NCBI GenBank assembly: GCA_028379895.1
Contig: JAOEKQ010000001.1
Location: 9,574-73,573 of the forward strand
Origin: Burkholderiales bacterium
Lineage (GTDB): Bacteria > Pseudomonadota > Gammaproteobacteria > Burkholderiales > Eutrophovitaceae
Length of the DNA stretch: 64,000 nucleotides
Direction: 5' to 3'
Of this stretch, positions 14,123 to 21,343 are shown piece after piece. Position 1 is the stretch's first letter. Each line of letters opens with the position of its first letter. Under the pieces are notes generated by a model. The model did not search any database, had not been told where the DNA came from, and saw only the letters and a list, made by a program, of their open reading frames with translations. Position numbers and translations under genes: made by a program.

Positions 14123-14895
14123 GGCCAGTAGTATTAAAGACGGTAGAGTTAACCGTCAGTTTCGGTGGCCTTAAGGCGCTAAACTGCTTAGATTTTGAAT
14201 TATGCGAGGGGCAGTTTCTTGGGCTCATCGGTCCTAATGGATCGGGTAAAACAACTTTTTTTAACGCGCTGACAGGGATTTATAGCCCGGCATCTGGAAA
14301 TGTATTTTTGTATGGTGAAAAAATTACTGGAGCATCCCCAAATAAGGTTTACGATTACGGCATAACACGAACCTTCCAGCGATCGAGGTTGGCGACTCCC
14401 TTATCCGTTCTAGACAATCTTATTATTGGTAATCAGCGCAATTTAAATTTTGGTCTTTGGCAAAATATATTTGATCGCAAACGCTTTAAGGCTGAATTGA
14501 AAAAACAAACGGAAATAGCTGAAGCATTATTAAGCCGTTTTAGTCGTGATTTGGCGGCATTACTTTTCAAACCTGTGTCCTCTCTTTCTATGATCGATCG
14601 ACGACGAGTTGAAGTATGTCGTGCTTTGATCAGTGAGCCAAAAATTTTGTTGTTGGACGAGCCCTCAGCTGGTATGACTCCAGACGAAACTCGTGCGTTA
14701 ATGGATGAGTTGCAAGATTGGAGAAAACAACATCCATTACTGGCGACCATATTAATTGAACACGAAATGGAGCTCATTAATAAAGTATCAGATACCTGTG
14801 TAGTACTCAATTATGGCGAGAAAATCGCTGAAGGACGATACTCGGACGTAGCGACTAAAACTAGTGTACGTGCCGCCTACTTAGGAGAGGACTGA
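14119..14895 (+). CDS. livG: Liv-type ABC transporter ATPase (LivG-like)
   Basis: GPNGSGKTT, RTFQ, LLLDEPSAG, IEHEM, AYLG. Confidence 0.92.
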   Translation: MRPVVLKTVELTVSFGGLKALNCLDFELCEGQFLGLIGPNGSGKTTFFNALTGIYSPASGNVFLYGEKITGASPNKVYDYGITRTFQRSRLATPLSVLDNLIIGNQRNLNFGLWQNIFDRKRFKAELKKQTEIAEALLSRFSRDLAALLFKPVSSLSMIDRRRVEVCRALISEPKILLLDEPSAGMTPDETRALMDELQDWRKQHPLLATILIEHEMELINKVSDTCVVLNYGEKIAEGRYSDVATKTSVRAAYLGED

Positions 14896-14899
14896 ATTA

Positions 14900-15613
14900 A
14901 TGTCTAAACTTTCCGTCAACAATTTAACAGCGGGTTATGATGAAGCAGATGTGGTCAGTAATGTGTCGCTTGAGGTTATGGAAGGAAAAATCACGTGTTT
15001 ACTTGGTGCTAATGGTGCTGGGAAAACTACGTTGATTCGTACGATTTTAGGTTTAAATAATAGTCGTTCAGGCCGGGTGGCTCTTAATGGAGTTGATATT
15101 TCCACATTGGCAACGCATGATATCGCGAGCGAGGGCGTTACGTGTGTGCCAGAGGGAAGAAGGGTTTTTGGGAAGATGACCGTCCTTGAAAACTTATATA
15201 CGGGTGCTTTTTTAGAGAGGAATTCCAAAGTTGTTATGCTTCGGTTAGAACAAGTGTACGATTTTTTCCCTAAGTTGAAAGAGAGGTCTAACCAATTAGC
15301 GGGAACAATGTCGGGTGGTGAACAGGCTATGTTGACGATTGGTAGGAGCCTGATGAGCAACCCATCGCTAATGATTTTTGATGAGCCATCTCTTGGTTTA
15401 TCGCCGTTATTTGTAAAAGAGAACTTTCGTATCATCAAAGAGATCAACGAAAAAGGTATGACCGTATTATTGGTCGAGCAAAATGTTCGACAAACGTTAG
15501 AAATCGCGCATTTTGGATATGTCTTATCACAGGGAAAAATTGTAGCTAACGGGTCGGTGGATGTGTTGAGAGACAATTCAGAATTGCGCGCGGCTTATTT
15601 TGGAAACGCTTAG
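14900..15613 (+). CDS. livF: Liv-type ABC transporter ATPase (LivF-like)
   Basis: GANGAGKTT, VPEGRRVF, MSGGEQ, DEPSLGL, VEQN. Confidence 0.93.
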   Translation: MSKLSVNNLTAGYDEADVVSNVSLEVMEGKITCLLGANGAGKTTLIRTILGLNNSRSGRVALNGVDISTLATHDIASEGVTCVPEGRRVFGKMTVLENLYTGAFLERNSKVVMLRLEQVYDFFPKLKERSNQLAGTMSGGEQAMLTIGRSLMSNPSLMIFDEPSLGLSPLFVKENFRIIKEINEKGMTVLLVEQNVRQTLEIAHFGYVLSQGKIVANGSVDVLRDNSELRAAYFGNA

Positions 15614-16751
15614 TGTTAAGGAGAGAGCATTGGGATCAGTAATAGAGTTGACCAAGCATTTAGTTCGTATGAACACTATCAATCCACCGGGAGATGAAGA
15701 GGAGTGTGCTCGATTTTTGGGTAATATTTTAGAGAAAGCTAAGTTTTCTGTGTCGCTGCATCCCTTCGGCGAGAAACGAGCGAGCCTCGTAGCTCGGATA
15801 GGCGGGAACAGCACCAAGAAACCATTGTGCATTACCGGCCACATTGACACGGTACCCTTGGGTGCAAACGCTTGGACGAAAGACCCCTTCTCCGGTGAAA
15901 CCGATGCAGGCCGATTATTCGGACGTGGAACAAGTGACATGAAGTGTGGTGTTGCTGCGTTTGTCACCGCCGCCATCGAGTTGTCAGACCGTTTGAGCGG
16001 AACTCCTGGCTTAGAGTTGGTTATCACAGCGGGCGAAGAGGTCGGCTGTCAAGGGGCATTCGATTTAGTGCGTCAACAGGGGGCGCTTGGTCGAGCTGGC
16101 GCAGTTTTAGTTGGTGAGCCCACCTCGAATTTTCCGTATGTCGGGCACAAGGGAGCTTATTGGTTAACGGCAAGGACCAGTGGCGTGACCGCTCACGGCT
16201 CGATGCCTAACCTCGGAGATAATGCTGTTTATAGGGCCGCAAAAGCAATTACAGCATTGGAGAATTTTAAATTCTCTAACCCACCACACGAAATGATGGG
16301 ACAAGCTACGCTTAATGTTGGAATGGTACATGGGGGCCTAAATATAAATTCAGTACCTGATGAGGCGGCCATCTCGATTGATATTAGAAGCGTACCTACA
16401 TCTAAGCACAAAGACGTGAGAGATCAGTTACAAAAATGTATGGGACATGATGTCGAGCTGGAAACGTTCATCGATCTGGAAAGCATCTATTCGGAGCCTG
16501 ACACCCCATGGATTCAAACGGTTTTTGATCTTGTTCAGCCTTATTTAGGATATCGGCCAGAAGCCAAAGTAGCGACTTATTTTACTGATGCTGCCGCCCT
16601 GACCCCTGCTTATGGTTCACCACCAACATTGATTTTGGGACCTGGAGAGGCGAGTATGGCACACCAGACAGACGAATATTGCGTCTTAGATCGTGTAGAG
16701 GCGTCTGTTGATATGTACAAAGATATCATTTCAGATTGGTGTGAAATTTAG
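15600..16751 (+). CDS. M20-family metallo-amidohydrolase (ArgE/DapE-like)
   Basis: GHIDTVP, GRGTSDMKCG, GEEVG, GEPT, AHQTDEY metal-binding motifs; overlaps the end of livF. Confidence 0.92.
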   Translation: METLSVKERALGSVIELTKHLVRMNTINPPGDEEECARFLGNILEKAKFSVSLHPFGEKRASLVARIGGNSTKKPLCITGHIDTVPLGANAWTKDPFSGETDAGRLFGRGTSDMKCGVAAFVTAAIELSDRLSGTPGLELVITAGEEVGCQGAFDLVRQQGALGRAGAVLVGEPTSNFPYVGHKGAYWLTARTSGVTAHGSMPNLGDNAVYRAAKAITALENFKFSNPPHEMMGQATLNVGMVHGGLNINSVPDEAAISIDIRSVPTSKHKDVRDQLQKCMGHDVELETFIDLESIYSEPDTPWIQTVFDLVQPYLGYRPEAKVATYFTDAAALTPAYGSPPTLILGPGEASMAHQTDEYCVLDRVEASVDMYKDIISDWCEI

Positions 16752-16806
16752 GGCTCAACTGAATATTGATTAAGGTTATCAAGCAACCAACCCTACAAGT
16801 CAGGTC

Positions 16807-18309
16807 ATGAATTTTTATTCACTTATTGAGAATGTTGTCCAATTAAAGCCAACGAACATAGCAATAAAAATTGGCAATGAGCGCAACATCTCATACAGTC
16901 AGCTTGGCAACCAAGTATCACGTTATTTAAATGCCTTGAGTGCGTTAGGTGTACGGGACGGTGATCGTGTTGTTGTGCAAGTAGAAAAAAGCTTACCCAG
17001 TTTACTGCTCTACTTGGCCTGTCTAAAAGGTGGTTATATTTTCGTGCCACTAAATACCGCATACAAGGCATCCGAACTGACTCATTTTATTGCGGACGCG
17101 AAACCCACGCTTTTCATTACTACCATTGAGCGCTTCGATGAGGTTTCGGCTTTGGTGGCAGATGTAAAGACTTGTTCGGCGGTAGTGTTGAACGGTGGAG
17201 ATAATCAAAACTTGAGTAACCTCTCGGCAAGGCAATCCGAATTCGCACCGACTCGCGCGTCAAGCCCGAGCGAGGTTGCGGTCATTATTTATACTTCGGG
17301 CACTACCGGTCGAAGTAAGGGCGCGATGGTGACACATGATAATCTGATCTCGAACGTAAATACGCTCATTAAACTTTGGGATTTTTCTGAGAATGATGTT
17401 TTGCTTCATGCGTTACCGGTCTTTCATGTGCATGGTTTATTCATCGCTAACCATTGTGCGTTGGCGGTTGGGGCGAAGATGCTTTGGCTCAATAGGTTTA
17501 ATGTTGAAGAAGTTGTTGAGGCAATACCAAAATCAACCGTGATGATGGGGGTGCCAACGTTCTACACGCGATTATTAAGTAGTGCCAGTTTGACCAAGAG
17601 TCTTTGCCGTGCGATCCGGTTGTTCATTTCTGGATCAGCCCCCTTGCAAACGGAAACTCACGAATTATTCGAGCAAAGAACGGACCATAAAATTTTAGAG
17701 CGTTACGGTATGTCTGAAGCAGGAATGATTACGAGTAACCCTTATCATGGGGTACGTAAAGTTGGATCGGTCGGCCAGGCGTTACCCGGGGTTAGCGTTC
17801 GTATCGTAGATGATGTTGATGTGAGTGTTTCTCAGGGGGATACTGGACACATACAGATCAAAGGGCCAAATGTCTTCAAAGGTTACCGAAATATGCCGGA
17901 AAAAACCAAAGAAGAGTTTACTCCGGATGGGTGGTTTCGAACGGGAGATTTAGGGGTCTTCGACGAAGAGCGTTATCTCACGATAGTTGGTAGATCCAAA
18001 GATTTGATCATAACGGGGGGATACAACGTTTACCCAAAAGAAATAGAGTTGATTTTAGATGCTGAACCAAGCATTTTTGAGTCTGCTGTATTTGGTATTA
18101 AGGACTCTGACTTTGGTGAGGCAGTAACGGCGGCGATCGTCCTTAATGCAAACTCTGACGCTGACGCCGCTCTATTAATTGACAATTTAAAAGCACAACT
18201 CGCAACCTATAAGGTACCTAAAGTGATCCACGTTGTGAATCAATTACCCAGAAATGCAATGGGTAAAGTTCAAAAATCGCTATTAAGAGAAGCATACTCT
18301 AGCGATTGA
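16807..18309 (+). CDS. matB: Malonyl-CoA/methylmalonyl-CoA synthetase (MatB-like AMP-forming acyl-CoA synthetase)
   Basis: YTSGTTGRSKG, HALPVFHVHGLF, MGVPTFYTRLL, ILERYGMSEAGMITSNPY, LPRNAMGKVQK. Confidence 0.85.
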   Translation: MNFYSLIENVVQLKPTNIAIKIGNERNISYSQLGNQVSRYLNALSALGVRDGDRVVVQVEKSLPSLLLYLACLKGGYIFVPLNTAYKASELTHFIADAKPTLFITTIERFDEVSALVADVKTCSAVVLNGGDNQNLSNLSARQSEFAPTRASSPSEVAVIIYTSGTTGRSKGAMVTHDNLISNVNTLIKLWDFSENDVLLHALPVFHVHGLFIANHCALAVGAKMLWLNRFNVEEVVEAIPKSTVMMGVPTFYTRLLSSASLTKSLCRAIRLFISGSAPLQTETHELFEQRTDHKILERYGMSEAGMITSNPYHGVRKVGSVGQALPGVSVRIVDDVDVSVSQGDTGHIQIKGPNVFKGYRNMPEKTKEEFTPDGWFRTGDLGVFDEERYLTIVGRSKDLIITGGYNVYPKEIELILDAEPSIFESAVFGIKDSDFGEAVTAAIVLNANSDADAALLIDNLKAQLATYKVPKVIHVVNQLPRNAMGKVQKSLLREAYSSD

Positions 18310-18341
18310 GATTAGATCGATTTTGTTAAATTCAGGCTCTG

Positions 18342-18944
18342 ATGATTTCAATCGCCAATCAAATAAGCAATGATATTGAGCGTGATGGGTATTCGATTAC
18401 TCACGGCTTATTTAACGAGAGCGTATTAGATACACTCAGGATATATGCCGAGTCAGGCGTGGGTAAAGGTAAATATAAGATTGCGGGCATTGGTTCGGGC
18501 TCTCAGTATCAAATTCAGGAACATATCCGAGGTGATCAAATATGGTGGCTCGATCGAGAAGAGGGATCTGTTATTGAAAAGGTATTTTTACAATTTGACC
18601 GGCTTAAAGATGACCTTAATCAAAGCCTCTACCTTGGACTTTTTGATTTTGAGTGTCATCTAGCACAGTATAAATCTGGCTCAGCATATGAGCGCCATTA
18701 TGATCGACCATTGGCCAGCAAGCGTCGAAAATTAACAGTTACACTGTATTTAAATAAGGGCTGGTCGCGCAATGACGGCGGGAATTTAAGATTATATTTG
18801 AACTCCGGGCTTGAGCGATTCATTGATATCGTCCCACGATTCGGCACGCTTGTAGTGTTCTTGAGTGAATTCTTCGCGCATGAGGTCCTAACCTGTAATC
18901 GAGATCGTCATAGTCTTACAGGTTGGTTTTTGGAGCGACCTTAG
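18342..18944 (+). CDS. 2OG-Fe(II) oxygenase, PHD/EglN prolyl-hydroxylase-like
   Basis: IRGDQIWWLD, YERHYD (HxD), LYLN..W...DGG, HEV, RHSLTGW. Confidence 0.88.
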   Translation: MISIANQISNDIERDGYSITHGLFNESVLDTLRIYAESGVGKGKYKIAGIGSGSQYQIQEHIRGDQIWWLDREEGSVIEKVFLQFDRLKDDLNQSLYLGLFDFECHLAQYKSGSAYERHYDRPLASKRRKLTVTLYLNKGWSRNDGGNLRLYLNSGLERFIDIVPRFGTLVVFLSEFFAHEVLTCNRDRHSLTGWFLERP

Positions 18945-18961
18945 TTGAGTAGATGATTAGT

Positions 18962-19780
18962 TCAAGCCTTAATAAATATTTTCACGAACATATCGATCGC
19001 TAGAAACATCAAAATTAAAGCAAAGATCCTTTTAAGCGTTGTGACAGGTATCGAGTGTGCGACCTTAGCGCCGAATGGAACCGTGATAAAGGTCCCAACA
19101 ACAATTCCTACAAGTGCTGGTAAATATACGTAACCTATGCTGTATTCTGGTAGGTATATGTTGCCCCAACCATTCCAAATGTATCCTAGTGCGCCCGCTA
19201 CCGCTATTGGAAACCCTAAAGCTGCTGATGTCCCTATAGCGTTTCGCATAGGGATATTGTGCATAACCATTAGGGGAATAGTAACAACGCCGCCGCCGAT
19301 ACCTACAAGACTTGAAATTATTCCGACACACCCAGAGCCGATTCCCATGCCGATACTTTTCGGTAAGCTCCGGGAGGGCTTCGGTTTGAGGTTAAGAAAT
19401 AGGTCAATGGAGGCATATCCAGCAAAAATAACGAATAAACCAGCTAAAACGGTAGGGTTTAATGATTCGGCAAAGAAGCTACCAAAGAAGGTTCCAACAA
19501 CAAGATAGCCGGCCGATTGTTTGACCGTCGGCCACAAAATGGCTTCACGCGCATGATGAGCACGGATGCTTGAAAGGGACGTGAAAACAATTGAGGCAAG
19601 AGATGTACCAATCGCTAAATGTAGAATTCGTTCTATTGCGAAATCTTGTGCCGTGAATAAGAAGACCATAAGCGGCACAAGAAGAGTGCCCCCGCCAATC
19701 CCGAGAAGGCCAGCAAAAAAGCCTACAAAAATCCCGACTGCTAGATAGGCGACCCACCATTGGGCCATCATGTCTGCCAT
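18962..19780 (-). CDS. TauE/SafE (TSUP) family membrane transporter
   Basis: Twice-repeated G.GGG motif (GLLGIGGG, SLVGIGGG), AIGTS twice; ATG overlaps the EVE stop (TGATG). Confidence 0.9.
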   Translation of the reverse strand: MADMMAQWWVAYLAVGIFVGFFAGLLGIGGGTLLVPLMVFLFTAQDFAIERILHLAIGTSLASIVFTSLSSIRAHHAREAILWPTVKQSAGYLVVGTFFGSFFAESLNPTVLAGLFVIFAGYASIDLFLNLKPKPSRSLPKSIGMGIGSGCVGIISSLVGIGGGVVTIPLMVMHNIPMRNAIGTSAALGFPIAVAGALGYIWNGWGNIYLPEYSIGYVYLPALVGIVVGTFITVPFGAKVAHSIPVTTLKRIFALILMFLAIDMFVKIFIKA

Positions 19781-20253
19781 CAGATAAGTGTTTGAATGTA
19801 GCGCCATTCAGCTGACGTTACAGGTGTAATTGATAGGCGGGAACCCTTTTGAAGCACTTTCATGCTTTGCAACTTTTTGTGTTCCCTCAATTCATAAAGC
19901 GATAAGAGCTTTGTTTTGCGAACGAATTTAACATCTACATTCAACCAACGGGGCTTCTCGCGACTTGATTTTTTATCGAAGTAATTACTTGCTTCGTCAA
20001 ATTGTGTTTCATCTGTGTATGCTTCCCGCGCCACCTCCGCGTAACCGGCAATCCCTGGTGGAGCGCAGTTGGAATGGTAGAACAGTATGCCATCTCCAAC
20101 GGACATATCGTCTCTCATGAAATTTCGTGCCTGATAGTTACGTATACCATCCCAAGGTTCGGTTTTGCGAGGACATTTTTTTAGGTCATCGATACTAAAA
20201 ACGTTGGGCTCTGACTTCATGAGCCAGTAGCGAGTCGCTGTTGAGTTTGACAT
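19780..20253 (-). CDS. EVE domain protein
   Basis: YWLMKSEP, WDGIRNYQARN, FYHSNC, RLSITPV. Confidence 0.95.
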   Translation of the reverse strand: MSNSTATRYWLMKSEPNVFSIDDLKKCPRKTEPWDGIRNYQARNFMRDDMSVGDGILFYHSNCAPPGIAGYAEVAREAYTDETQFDEASNYFDKKSSREKPRWLNVDVKFVRKTKLLSLYELREHKKLQSMKVLQKGSRLSITPVTSAEWRYIQTLI

Positions 20254-20279
20254 CAGTAAAGAATGAGTTAGTTTTTATC

Positions 20280-20447
20280 TACTAAGGAAGAGCTGCCCGG
20301 TTCATCCTGAACCAAAAGGTTCAAGGCGGTCACCTTCCGAACGCCGAAGGTACGTTCTCCTGGAACGCGCACAAAAGCATTACTTGAGTTGGCGACCTTA
20401 ACTAAGTTATTGGTTCAGAAAATTAATCGAGCAGCTCTTCCTTAGTA
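20280..20447 (-). ncRNA. ssrS: 6S RNA
   Basis: Directly downstream of zapA; 17-bp perfect closing stem (20280-20296/20431-20447); internal CTGAACCAA/TTGGTTCAG pairing; CCTTGAACC..GGTTCAG signature on the minus strand. Confidence 0.9.
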
Positions 20448-20456
20448 AACAAAGCA

Positions 20457-20762
20457 TTAAAATAATTTTTCTTGGTCATTTAAAACGGTATCGATTTTTT
20501 TACCCATGGAAGTTATTGTACTTCGGAACTCGTTTAGATTGATACCTCGTGTTTGAACAGTAAGTAGCTTATGGGCAATATTGAGCGCTGCCATAATAGC
20601 GATTCGCTCGGAGCCAACAACTTTACCAACTTCTCGAACCTCTTTAATCTGTTCATCCAATAGTGCTACCGCATTGAGTAGTTCTTCTTTTTCTTCCTCA
20701 TTACAGGCTAATCGCACTGGCCTACCAAGAATCTCAATTTCGACCATTTCTGGCTGACTCAT
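20457..20762 (-). CDS. zapA: Cell division protein ZapA
   Basis: IEILGR..LAC, ERIAIMAALNIAH. Confidence 0.93.
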   Translation of the reverse strand: MSQPEMVEIEILGRPVRLACNEEEKEELLNAVALLDEQIKEVREVGKVVGSERIAIMAALNIAHKLLTVQTRGINLNEFRSTITSMGKKIDTVLNDQEKLF

Positions 20763-20962
20763 AACGAACTCTGATCATTATGTTTAAGTAAAATAGTCTC
20801 TATTTTTGACGCTGCGCGATTGATCTTTTTCTCGAGTTCTTGTATTTGATTTTCAGAGAGCACAAGTTTTTGCCGAAGCGAAAAGTTCTCGCTTCTTAAG
20901 TTTCGCGTGAGGCGTATTAATTCATCCAGTTGCTGTTCGAGAGACTTCAATTGCGCATGCAT
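20759..20962 (-). CDS. zapB: Short coiled-coil protein, ZapB/TIGR02449-like
   Basis: LKSLEQQLDELI..LRSENFSLRQ coiled coil; ATGA overlap with zapA. Confidence 0.75.
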   Translation of the reverse strand: MHAQLKSLEQQLDELIRLTRNLRSENFSLRQKLVLSENQIQELEKKINRAASKIETILLKHNDQSSL

Positions 20963-20968
20963 CACGAA

Positions 20969-20996
20969 ACTATAGGCGACAAATATAAAAAGTCAA
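20969..20996 (-). promoter_or_regulatory. sigma70 promoter of zapB-zapA-ssrS
   Basis: Minus strand TTGACT, 16-nt spacer, TATAGT, ending 6 nt before the ATG at 20962. Confidence 0.65.
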
Positions 20997-21045
20997 CACG
21001 TCGCAAGCGCCTTCAATTGTAATTGTATACCGTGTACAATATTGG

Positions 21046-21263
21046 TAAGTGGTGCCCGCGTTCTTTTCTAAATAGCGCGGGATAATCGGGAAACAGGTGA
21101 GTTTTATTTAACAATCCCTGTACTGCCCCCGCAACGGTGAACAAGCGTGAGCTTCATATCTGTAGCCTCCAAAAGCTACAAAGCCACCTTAGAAGCGAGT
21201 ACTTACTCTCAACTTGGGGAAGGCATGAAGTTATTTCTTGTGAGTCCGGATACCGGCCATTTA
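21046..21263 (+). promoter_or_regulatory. Cobalamin riboswitch
   Basis: GGTG..AATCGGGAA.CAGGTG..CCTG.ACTGCCCCCGCAACGGTGA, GCCAC, GGGAAGGC, B12-box-like GAGTCCGGATACCGGCCA; P1 TAAGTGG/CCATTTA; upstream of a TonB receptor. Confidence 0.93.
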
Positions 21264-21343
21264 GTACGACGCGGTCTCGATGATTCGAGGCATATTTTAA
21301 TTTTGCACGGCGGGTGCAAACTTACTAAATGAGGTATTTACTT

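Noticed and set aside
14935-15576. 213-aa minus-strand ORF, plus many 60-150 aa shadow ORFs over atp, liv, polA, uvrD, gatA and mreB
   Set aside because: They lie antisense to or inside well-conserved genes and carry no recognisable motifs; typical shadow frames
21147-21332. 61-aa ORF upstream of the TonB receptor
   Set aside because: Lies within the cobalamin riboswitch and its expression platform
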